The notes under the pieces are model-generated. The model saw only the letters and a list, made by a program, of their open reading frames with translations, had not been told where the DNA came from and searched no databases. DNA of 27,846 bases from an uncultured Gemmatimonadales bacterium (GTDB lineage: Bacteria; Gemmatimonadota; Gemmatimonadetes; Gemmatimonadales; GWC2-71-9), in the NCBI GenBank assembly GCA_963748815.1, contig CAVVKJ010000012.1:1-27846 (forward strand), written 5' to 3'. This document shows, one piece after another, positions 10,717-19,236 of this stretch. The translations under genes were made by a program, and so were the position numbers. Each line of letters starts with the position of its first letter. The stretch's first letter is position 1.

Positions 10717-12242
10717 TGGGCCTTGAGGATGTCCTTGAAGGAGCGAGGGGAACGGGCAAGGGCCAGCATGGCGGCGCGGTCATCGGCATGCAGGATCGTG
10801 GCCCACACCCAAACGGCATACACGCCAAAGGCGGCCAGCGCGACTCCGGTAATGGCCACAATGCTCGTGACGGGCACCAGCAGCGCCGCGATGGTCACGA
10901 CGGTTCCCGCCACTACCATGCGCACATGTGGCCCCCACTGGTATGAGACTGGCCAGAGCCGCTGGGCGAAGTAGAGCGTCGCGGCGAACCGGACGAACAT
11001 GGACACGAGGGTGGCAATGGCCGCTCCCATGCCCGCGTAGGGAGGGACCAGCAGCACGTACAGCACCACGATGACCGCCACGGAGCACCAGGTGGCGTAC
11101 GAGGTGTATTTCGTCTTTTCGCTGACCTCGATGCCGAAGTCCGCCACGTTTGCCCAGGCCTGGAACACGTAGGCGAGGACGATCATGGGCACAAATGCCG
11201 CAGCCGGGTGGAAGGCCTCGGTCGTCATGATGTCGAGGATCGGACGTATGAGCAGGCTGATGCCCACCGCGCCCGAGACGATGACGACATCGCCGTAGAG
11301 GAAGCCCCGGTTATACAAGGTGTCTCGGCGCTCGCGGTCCTCGTGCGCCAGCTGGAACCGCTGCGGATTCCATGCCTGCATGAAGGGGAGCGTCAGCATG
11401 CTGGCAATCAGGAAGCCGAACTGGTACGCCAATCCGTACAGGCCGACCACCGCAAGGCCGTGAAACTTGTCGAGGAAGAACCGGTCGCCGTAGGCCAGGA
11501 TGAAGGTGCCCGCCTTCGAGACCTGGATCGGGACGGAAAAACGCCTGAGATCCCGGAACGCGGGCCAGCTCCATGCCCGGCCGGTGCGGCGCAGGAGCAG
11601 GACCGTCATCACGCTGCCGATGGCAAGGCTCGAGTAGAAGGTGCTCCAGAGAATCCCGATCGGTCCCGATTCCAACCCGACCACGAACAGGATATTCAGG
11701 CTCAACTGCACGACGAGCTTGACAGTCAGCACGACCGAGGATGCACCGGGGCGCTGGTCGATGTTGAGCATCTGCATCGGGACCATCAGCAGCGAGGACA
11801 GCGTGAAGTTCACCGCGGCGAGGCGGACCATCCCCACCGTTCCCGACCCGTGCAGTCCGTGGAGCCAGATGTAGGGGGCGGCGAGCAGGAGCACCACCGT
11901 GCCCACGGCATACAGGACCGTGGTGGAGGCCCACGCGGTGAAGAGGACCTGGTTGCGTTCCCGGGGGTCGTTCGTCTTGTAGTAGAACCGCATCAGCCCG
12001 GCGCTGGCGCCGGCGCTGAAGAGCAGCAGCGCGATCTCGAGAGACAGGTCGAGGATGGCCAGCAAGCCGTAGTCCGACGGCGTGAGGTAGCGGGTGTAGA
12101 TTGGAAGCATGACGAACGCCACCACCCGCGACAGGACCGAGGCAACTCCGTAGAGGAGGGTGTCCCGACCCAGCCGCTGGAGTGAGCCCCGGTGCTGGTC
12201 CGACATTTGCGGCGGTCCGGCCGCGGCGGGAGCGTCGGTCAC
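10713..12242 (-). CDS. wzx: Wzx-type oligosaccharide flippase (MOP family)
   Basis: Intact ~500 aa multi-TM; LPIYTRYLTPSDYGLL, DRFFL...VGLYGLAYQF, GMGAAIAT. Confidence 0.9.
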   Translation of the reverse strand: MTDAPAAAGPPQMSDQHRGSLQRLGRDTLLYGVASVLSRVVAFVMLPIYTRYLTPSDYGLLAILDLSLEIALLLFSAGASAGLMRFYYKTNDPRERNQVLFTAWASTTVLYAVGTVVLLLAAPYIWLHGLHGSGTVGMVRLAAVNFTLSSLLMVPMQMLNIDQRPGASSVVLTVKLVVQLSLNILFVVGLESGPIGILWSTFYSSLAIGSVMTVLLLRRTGRAWSWPAFRDLRRFSVPIQVSKAGTFILAYGDRFFLDKFHGLAVVGLYGLAYQFGFLIASMLTLPFMQAWNPQRFQLAHEDRERRDTLYNRGFLYGDVVIVSGAVGISLLIRPILDIMTTEAFHPAAAFVPMIVLAYVFQAWANVADFGIEVSEKTKYTSYATWCSVAVIVVLYVLLVPPYAGMGAAIATLVSMFVRFAATLYFAQRLWPVSYQWGPHVRMVVAGTVVTIAALLVPVTSIVAITGVALAAFGVYAVWVWATILHADDRAAMLALARSPRSFKDILKAH

Positions 12243-12288
12243 GACGAACGTGCTTTCATATTCCGCCCAGGTGCGGGAGGGTCATTTG

Positions 12289-13468
12289 GTGCCAGAGTTG
12301 CCGCAGCAGATCCTCTCCACTATCGGGCTTCCACTCCTGTCGCTGTTGGGCGCGGCGCTGGTCGCGGAAATTCTCGCCCGCCGCTGGATTCGGCGAGGCC
12401 GATATTTCGTCTTCCGTCCCGGCCTCAAGGAGCGGATGTACCTCCATCGGCCAACCCATCCCCAGATGGAGCCGGTGGTGCGGCGGTTGGTCAACGAGCT
12501 TGGCGAGCGGGGGCGCCCCGTGCCCCGGGAAGGGCGCACCTTCCGAGTGCTGGTGGCCGGTGGCAGCGTCGTCGAGAGTTACACTCTGGATCAGGATACG
12601 CAATGGCCTGCGGTCATCGAGGCCGGGCTGCGGACGCCGGAGGCCCTGCGTACCCTTGGTGTGGACGACACCCACGTTGGCAACATCGGCCGCTCTGGCG
12701 TCGATGGCCTGACCCTCGAACTGGTCCTCACACGGGTACTCTCGAATTACCCCCCGCTCGACCTGATCGTCATCATGACGGGCGCCGGCGACGTTGTCCG
12801 CTGGATGGCGGAAGGCGCGCCCCCCGATCGCACCCGCCTCTCCCCTGCCGGAGAGCGTTCTCTTGACGGTCCGCCCCGACATGCCCCTCGGCTGGGCGCC
12901 CGGGACCTGTGCCCTCGCGGAGCTCATCCGACGCCTCCGGGCCCGATTCTGGACCACCTACCCCGACGCCGTCAGCTGGATGGGCCGGGCCCGCCGCGAC
13001 CGCGCCGGCGCCACCGAAACGAGAGATGAGGCGCCTGGAAACGACGTCATGTTGGAGGCGTTCCGGCAGCGGCTCCACGGTGCGGTTCAGGTCGCGGCGC
13101 GCCACGCCCACCGTGTGCTTCTGGTGGATCACCCGCTCTTCGACAAAGAGAGTTACACCCCTGAGGAGGACGCGTTGATGTGGAACGGCGGGGTAGGGCA
13201 GGCCTACCGGGAGCGCCAGACGATCTTCTATTCCACGAGGGTCCTTTGCTCGCTGATGCGAAAGGTGGAAGCCATCACCGGCGAAGTCGCCGCACGGGAA
13301 CAGGTGGAGCACCTGGCCATGCGGGGGCTCATCAGCCCGGACGCGACCAACTTCATCGATCATATTCACCTCACGCCCACCGGGTCGATCCGGGTGGGAG
13401 AGGCGATCGCCGCCGCGGTGCTCAGGAGCTCCCCCGAAAGATCCCCTTCAGTCGATCCACCCCGCTGA
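12289..13468 (+). CDS. SGNH/GDSL hydrolase-family protein with N-terminal membrane anchor, frameshift ~12835
   Basis: GGAGG then GTG 12289; hydrophobic N-terminus; blocks VLVAGGSVVES, GNIGRSG, IMTGAGD and FIDHIHLTPTG (DxxH). Confidence 0.75.
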
Positions 13469-14501
13469 CGACCTGCACGAACCGCCCAAGATCGCTTTCG
13501 ACCTGGAAGCGGGGAAGGGGAGCCGAAAGCCTCTCCCCTTTCGGGATCCTGCTTCGGTCCGAGACGCTCCGCTGGGACGTCGAGACACTCGCGAGCGGCC
13601 CGGCCTCCACCAGGAGGCGCAGCTCGCGGGGGCCGAACGACAGGGGGTCTCCGTTCGGGAAGCAGAAGGCGGGCACGGCACCCGGCACCTCGGCCTGAAC
13701 GCGGCTCCATGAACGGACGATTTCCTCCCGCGCCCGGGCGTCATCCTCCAGGGCGAGGATGGGATGGGTGACGGTGTGGGGCCCGAAGCTGACCAGCTCC
13801 CCGTTGAGCGCCCGTATCTCAGGCCACGTCATCGGGGCGTATTCCGCCGAGGATTGCGCCGGAAGGTCGACCTCCAGCGTGCGCAACAGCTCGTCGATCG
13901 CCGCGGCGCGCGTTTCCGCGGGGAGCCACTTCAGCCGCTCGGTTGCTGTTTCGGCCGCCGCCTGCCGCTGCCGAGCGTCGCTCCAGCGAGGGTCCAGGAC
14001 CGTGCCCCCCGCTGCGAGCCTCCACGCCTGGTGTGGCGCACGCGCGAAGCCGTACTCGATCCGGTTCCACCAGAGCCACGCCCGGTCATCGATGAACCCG
14101 GTGACCAGGAAGACGGTCGCTGGACAGTCGAACTCCGCGAACACGGGACTGGCAAGCCGGAGGAAGTCGGCGAAGCCGTCGTCGATGGTAAAGACGACGG
14201 TCCGCGGCAAGATCGGCCTGCCCTCCTGCAATTCCTCCAACAGCGCGCCCAGGCTCACCAGGCGATAGCGATTCGCCCGAAGCCACTCGAGGTGCGACCG
14301 CAGCACCGGAATCGGGAAGGCTCCGGAACCATCCTCGTCCTCGGAGAATCGATGGAGGAAGCAGATGGCGGCATGGCCCCCCGATAGCGCGGCGGCAGCT
14401 TTGAGCGTCAGGGGGTGAGTGAGCAGTCGCCGGGCCAGCCCGGGCGGGGTGGTGGCGGGTTGGGAGATGGCAGGTTGTCGTGCCGAATGGAGATTGGCCA
14501 T
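13422..14501 (-). CDS. Polysaccharide deacetylase (CE4/NodB)
   Basis: Intact; CFLHRF, FTIDDGF, ATVFLVTG, GPHTVTHPIL, FCFPNG, LPRF. ATG 14501 lies downstream of a strong sigma54 motif. Confidence 0.88.
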   Translation of the reverse strand: MANLHSARQPAISQPATTPPGLARRLLTHPLTLKAAAALSGGHAAICFLHRFSEDEDGSGAFPIPVLRSHLEWLRANRYRLVSLGALLEELQEGRPILPRTVVFTIDDGFADFLRLASPVFAEFDCPATVFLVTGFIDDRAWLWWNRIEYGFARAPHQAWRLAAGGTVLDPRWSDARQRQAAAETATERLKWLPAETRAAAIDELLRTLEVDLPAQSSAEYAPMTWPEIRALNGELVSFGPHTVTHPILALEDDARAREEIVRSWSRVQAEVPGAVPAFCFPNGDPLSFGPRELRLLVEAGPLASVSTSQRSVSDRSRIPKGERLSAPLPRFQVESDLGRFVQVVSGVDRLKGIFRGSS

Positions 14502-14561
14502 GGGTTGATCTGCCTGAGCCCGGCAAGGGGGGGTCACGTCGATTCAGGTCCCGCCTGTCGG

Positions 14562-14577
14562 GCAGGAGTCGTGCCAA
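14562..14577 (-). promoter_or_regulatory. sigma54 promoter for deacetylase (14501)
   Basis: Minus strand ttGGcacgactcctGC, near the TGGCACG-N4-TTGC consensus. Confidence 0.75.
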
Positions 14578-14602
14578 TCCGGGCCATCTGGGGCACCACA
14601 GG

Positions 14603-14618
14603 TGGCTCGGAATTCGCA
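14603..14618 (+). promoter_or_regulatory. sigma54 promoter candidate for GT2 (14681), divergent from the 14562-14577 site
   Basis: tGGctcggaattcGCa: GG-N10-GC, about 60 bp upstream of the ATG. Confidence 0.6.
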
Positions 14619-14680
14619 AGATACCCCGCTGAGGCGGGTATCCTCGGAAATCCCCATCACCAAGGCAGTGATCGCCCCCT

Positions 14681-15878
14681 ATGACGATCTTGATTGCGCT
14701 CCTCTTTCTGACGCCGGTGGCCCTGTTCGGGTACGCCTACTTCGGGTACCCGGCGCTCCTGGCGCTCGCCGCCCGCCTCCGGCCGGCAGGCGCCGGGGCC
14801 ACCGCCTCGCGTGCCTGGCCGTCCATCACCATCACGATTCCGTGCTACAACGAAGCGGGCGATCGGCTCGACCATCGAGAGCCTCCTGGCCCTCGACTAT
14901 CCCGCGGACCGGCGGCAGATCCTCGTCATTTCCGACGCCTCGACCGACCGCACCGATGCCATCGTGCGGTCGTTTGCGGACCGCGGCGTGGAACTGCTCC
15001 GCCTTCCCGCGCGGGGCGGCAAGACGGCGGCCGAGAACGCCGCCGCGGCCGCACATCCGGGGCGAGATCGTCGTCAACACCGACGCCACGATTCGGATCG
15101 TTCCCGGCGCGCTCACGCGCGCTGGTCGCGGCTTTCCAGGATCCGACCGATCGGCGTTGCGTCGGGTCGGGACATCAGCGTCGGCGACGTCGAGTCGGCC
15201 GGCAATCAGGGCGAGTCGGGGTATGTCGGGTACGAGATGTGGATCCGGTCGCTCGAAACCCGGGTGGGCACGATCGTCGGAGCCAGCGGCTGCTTCTTCG
15301 CCAGCCGGCGGCAGCTCTACGACGGTGCCTTTCCGGAGGCGCTGAGCCGAGACTTCGCCAGCTGCCTCATCGCCCGGGAGCAGGGCTATCGCTCGGTGTC
15401 GGTGGACGCGGCGCTGCGCGCTGGTGCCGCGCGCCGTCTTCGCTCCGGGCGGAGTATCGCCGAAAGGTGCGCACCATGGCTCGCGGCCTCGGCACGCTGC
15501 ACTTCAAGCGGCACCTGCTCAATCCGTTCCGGTACGGCGCGTTCAGCGCCGATGCTGTTCAGCCACAAGCTCTGCCGCTGGCTCTTCCAGCTGACCCTGC
15601 CGCTGCTGGCCGTCGGCGGCCGTCCTGCTCGCGCTCGAGTGCGCCGGCCACGATCCCCTGGCTGATCCTCGGTGCTTCACGTGGGGTCGGCGGTGTCGCG
15701 GTGCTGGCGTGGTGGTGGCCGAGGGCACGGCCGATGCCCGCCGTGCTCTCGGCGCCCGGCTACTTCATCTGGTCAATCGTGGCCGGTTTGATGGCGTGGA
15801 TGCAGTTCTTCCGCGGACAAGTACCAACCGGTCTGGGAGCCGACTCGCCGGCCGGAGACTATCGGGGCCGTAGACTAA
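14681..15878 (+). CDS. Membrane-bound GT2 glycosyltransferase (CESA-like), multiply frameshifted
   Basis: YAYFGYPALL, ITITIPCYNE, ALDYPADR, SDASTDRTD, GGKTAAEN, VVNTDAT, YVGYEMWIRSLE, GASGCFFA, SRDF, EYRRKVRT, SHKLCRWL; corrected end VWEPTRRPETIGAVD* (TAA 15876-15878). Confidence 0.8.
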
Positions 15879-15879
15879 A

Positions 15880-15944
15880 CGGGGCAGGGGCGCATTCTGC
15901 CCCGCTGCCCCGCTGCCCCGCTGCCCCGCTGCCCCGCTGCCCCG
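15880..15944. repeat. (CTGCCCCG)6 octamer array plus one inverted copy, between convergent genes
   Basis: Six perfect copies at 15897-15944; reverse complement cggggcag at 15880-15887 allows a hairpin. Confidence 0.9.
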
Positions 15945-15949
15945 CCTGC

Positions 15950-16749
15950 CTACCAGCCACCCTTCCGGAACAGCACCACCGGCACCGTCTTCAGCATGAT
16001 CTTGATGTCTTCCGCGATGCTCCGGCGGCGGAGGTACTCGAGGTCGAACTGCACCTTGCGCCGCACGTCGTCGAGGCAGGCGTCGTACTGCTGGCTGACC
16101 TGCGCCAGTCCGGTGATGCCCGGCTTGGCCCGCTGCCGGAACTGGTAGTGCTCGACGCTCTCCTTGAGCCCCTCGAAGAGCTGGGGCCGCTCGGGGCGGG
16201 GACCGACGACGTTCATGTCCCCCTTGAGCACATTGAAGAGCTGGGGGATCTCGTCCAGCCGATACTTGCGGAGGAACCCGCCGACCGGCGTGAGCCGCGG
16301 GTCCGAGGGCGTGGCCCAGACGGCGCCGCTCTCGGCCTCGGCGTCCACCTGCATCGTGCGGAACTTGTAGATCTCGAACGGCTTGCCGCCGATGTCCTTG
16401 GTGCGCCGGTGATTGTCCGCATCCGGGCCCGGGGCCCGCTTGTCGAGCCCCACCCGGGTCTGGGTGTAGATGACCGGGCCCTGGGAGGTCAGCTTCACGA
16501 GGATGGCCACCACCGCCATGATCGGCGCGGCGAGGACGACGCCGATCACCGCCACGTAGATATTCAGCAGCCGCCGGGCCAGATGCTCCTCGATCGGCGG
16601 CGGCTCGGCGGCCACCAGCGCGAGCGCCGGCGGCGGCAGCTCCGGCTCCGACGGGCGGCGTGCGGCGCAGCCCGCGCCGCTCCGGGGTGTGCGGGGAGCG
16701 CGCCGTAGCGTCGGTTTTCGGTGGTCGGTTGCGTCATCGGGTGTCCCAT
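15950..16749 (-). CDS. Priming sugar transferase (Bac_transf; undecaprenyl-phosphate glycosyl-1-phosphate transferase), frameshift near N-terminus
   Basis: GPVIYTQTRVG, YKFRTM, DPRLTPVGGFLRKYRLDEIPQLFNVLKGDMNVVGPRPE, KPGITGLAQV, DLEY. Confidence 0.92.
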
Positions 16750-16758
16750 GGGGGCATC

Positions 16759-17537
16759 CTAGTTGGAAATCGCTGAAATGCTGACGATCATCAGCGGAAT
16801 CGCGAGCAGCGCGGTGATGATCTGGACCTTGTTCAGTGTCGCCGCGGGTTCTGCACGCCGACGTTGATGTTGTCGCCGCTCTGCAGGTTCATCAGGTCGA
16901 GGGTGGCGCCGTTCGAGATGGCGACGCTCACCGCCTTCGGGTCCATCACTTCTTCGTTGCCCGCGGTTGATCTTGGTGCGCTTCATGTCGCCGAACGGGC
17001 CGAGGCCCGCCCGCGTTCATCACCACGTCGCTCAGCAGCATCTGGGCGGGCACGTCGTAGTACCCGGGCCGGACCACGCCACCGAGCACGCCGATCCGCA
17101 TCAGCGGCGTCACCCGTCACCTCCGGGTCGCGGAGGTACTTCGGACAGGAACTGCGTGATGACCGAGTCAGACTCGGAGCGCAGCACCCCCTCCAGCGAG
17201 AGCGGCGGGAGGGAGGGCAGCGCCAGCACGTCCGGCCGGTGCGGACGGTGAAGGTGTCGCTGTACGTCGTGTCGCCCTGCACCTCGATCAGGACCCGGCT
17301 CCCGACGTTGAAGTCGCCGTACTGCCAGACGCTGCTGCACCGCCCGCAGGTCGGCGCTCGACATCCCCTTGGGGGGTGCGCCGCAATCGCCTCCAGCTCC
17401 GCCCGGGTGGCCTCGACCCGCGCCGGCGGGGCGGGGGCCACCTTCTGGGCGCTCAGGCTCGGCCGCCAGGGCAACGCATCCGGTGCACAAGCAGGAGCGA
17501 GTGCCCAGAGGGCGCGGGCGAGGCGGCTACTTGGCAT
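16759..17537 (-). CDS. Polysaccharide export protein with SLBB domain (OPX/Wza-like), multiply frameshifted
   Basis: Reconstructed: ATRAELE...GDFNVGSRVLIEVQGDTTYSDTFTVR...LPSLPPLSLEGVLRSE...KYLRDPEV...IGVLGGVVRPGYYDVPAQMLLSDVVMNAGG...LQSGDNINV...hydrophobic C-terminal helix IITALLAIPLMIVSI. Confidence 0.72.
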
Positions 17538-17742
17538 CCGGCAACTCCGGGAGGCGGCTCAGGAGCGGCTGCGGCGTGGCGCCGAGACCGAACCGGGCCA
17601 GACGATTCGCAAACTCGGAGAGCGCAGTCCCGTCGAGGGAGGCGCCGCAGGCGGGGCAGGTACCATCGGCGGCGTACTCCCCGCTGGGGAGCCGCTCCTG
17701 GGTCCGGCCGCAATCTGCGCAACGCTTCCTCCCAACCTTCAT
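17527..17742 (-). CDS. Small (71 aa) putative zinc-ribbon protein
   Basis: AGGGAG 6 nt before ATG; MKVGRKR-CADC-x17-CPAC; 3' end overlaps the export gene start by 11 bp. Confidence 0.6.
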   Translation of the reverse strand: MKVGRKRCADCGRTQERLPSGEYAADGTCPACGASLDGTALSEFANRLARFGLGATPQPLLSRLPELPDAK

Positions 17743-17838
17743 TCGCTGCTCCCTGAGGTTCAGCATGGTCACCCGAGATTGGGTGACGCTGGCAGGGAGC
17801 TATTTCAAGTATGGAGCCGCGTTGTCCCGAGGAGGTCC

Positions 17839-18122
17839 TGCGAATGGCACAGGCCGGCAACGTTGATGGTAACATATTGTCATATAATGCTTTAAAGTGT
17901 CGTTCGATCGAACGCACTACCCCCGCCCTGCCTCCCTGCCGCCCTGCCTCCCCCTGCGAGCGCCTCACTCCACTGTCGTGTGTTCGCCACGGTTCTGGCG
18001 CGAGTTGGGGATCCGTTGCGCCCCCGCTCCGCTGTGGGGCCTGCACAACGGGTCATATTGCTATCTAAACCACTGTTTTGTATAGTGTTAGGCGGTCCTG
18101 CCGATGGCGCACGACTCCTGCG
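17839..18122. promoter_or_regulatory. Divergent regulatory region: two sigma54-like motifs, each preceded by a 25-bp dyad, with candidate enhancer boxes between them
   Basis: Minus cGGcctgtgccattcGCa (17839-17856) and plus tGGcgcacgactcctGCg (18105-18122), both GG-N12-GC; dyads at 17870-17894 and 18066-18090; palindrome cgttcgatcgaacg at 17901-17914. Confidence 0.55.
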
Positions 18123-18182
18123 TCGTGGAACCCATCGGCCCGCCCAGTCCAACCCCCGCGCGCCCTCACGCTCTGGATGCCC

Positions 18183-19112
18183 ATGCCCGAACGCGCCAAG
18201 TCCGCTCACGCCCCGCTGGTGCTCGTCGCCAATGACCAGGAGTGGTCTGCCCGGTCGCTGGAGAGCATCCTCATCCCCAAGGGGTACGAGGTGGTGCGGG
18301 CGTACACCGGCCGGCAGGCGCTGGAGCGGGCCCACACTGCACATCCCGACGTGATCATCCTCGATGCCCAGATGCCCGACCTGCACGGCGTCGAGGTCTG
18401 TCGCCAGCTCCGTGCCGATCCCCGCTTCTCTCCCACCGTGCCGATCATCATCACCACCGCCGGGCCTTCCGGTCGGGCCCAGCGCCTCGAGGCCTACCAG
18501 GCCGGGGCCTGGGAGTTCCTGGGGCAGCCGCTGGACGGGGAGTCGCTGCTGCTCAAGCTCGACGCCTTCCTCCGCGCCAAGCTCGAGGTGGACCGGGTGC
18601 ACGACGAGTCACTGCTCGACCAGGTGACGGGGCTCTACAACATGCGCGGCCTCTCCCGGCGCGCCCGCGAAATCGGCTCCGAGGCGTTTCGCCGTCGCCA
18701 CGCCCTGACCTGCATCGTCTTTGCCCCCGAGAGCCCGGCGCTCGGCGATGCCACGACCGAGTCCGTCGCCACGAAGCTGGCGGCCGCCGTGGGCGAGGCG
18801 CTCCGGAAGGCGGGCCGCAGCTCCGACGCCATCGGTCGCCTCGGCCCCCTGGAGTTTGCCGTCATTGCCCCCGCCACCGGACCCGAAGCGGCGCTCAAGC
18901 TGGTCGACCGGCTCCGGGAGACGGTGGAGACCCATCCGGTGCCGATGAACGGCGGTGCTCCGGCGTCGGTCGGCCTCCGCGCCGGGTACTTCGCCGTCCC
19001 CGACTTCCACGATGCCAACGTGGACGCGACGGAAATGCTGCTCCGGGCCACGACCGCGCTCAGGACGTTGAAGGTGGATGGGGCTGGAACGCTGCGGGCG
19101 TTTGAGAACTAG
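18183..19112 (+). CDS. Response regulator: atypical REC domain plus degenerate GGDEF domain
   Basis: VLVAND, IILDAQMPDLHG, PIIITT, AWEFLGQP; DQVTGLYNMRG; RSSD-AIGRL-GPLEF in place of RxxD-x5-GGDEF. Alternative start ATG 18177. Confidence 0.85.
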   Translation: MPERAKSAHAPLVLVANDQEWSARSLESILIPKGYEVVRAYTGRQALERAHTAHPDVIILDAQMPDLHGVEVCRQLRADPRFSPTVPIIITTAGPSGRAQRLEAYQAGAWEFLGQPLDGESLLLKLDAFLRAKLEVDRVHDESLLDQVTGLYNMRGLSRRAREIGSEAFRRRHALTCIVFAPESPALGDATTESVATKLAAAVGEALRKAGRSSDAIGRLGPLEFAVIAPATGPEAALKLVDRLRETVETHPVPMNGGAPASVGLRAGYFAVPDFHDANVDATEMLLRATTALRTLKVDGAGTLRAFEN

Positions 19113-19124
19113 GCGCCGCTGATT

Positions 19125-19236
19125 TTGCCTCACCCCCTGTCCCCCTCTCCACCATGTGGAGAGGGGGAACTTCATTTCAAGGCCACCAAGAAGAAGCCCC
19201 CTCTCCATATCATGGAGAGGGGGTTCGGGGGTGAGG
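19125..19236. repeat. Inverted pair of BoxC-like palindromic repeats (CCTCACCCCC..CCCCCTCTCC-loop-GGAGAGGGGG)
   Basis: Copy at 19125-19168 and inverted copy at 19197-19236 between convergent genes; third copy at 24693-24736. Confidence 0.85.

Noticed and set aside
12287..12302. sigma54-like motif tGGtgccagagttGCc
   Set aside because: Overlaps the likely GTG start (12289) that follows a strong GGAGG, so probably coincidental.
13515..13540. Hairpin aaggggag...ctcccctt as terminator for the SGNH gene
   Set aside because: Lies inside the opposite-strand deacetylase CDS and has only a short U tract; insufficient support.
14681..16708. 675-aa ORF as one large protein
   Set aside because: Chimera of GT2 fragments read through a frameshift into the antisense strand of the sugar transferase.
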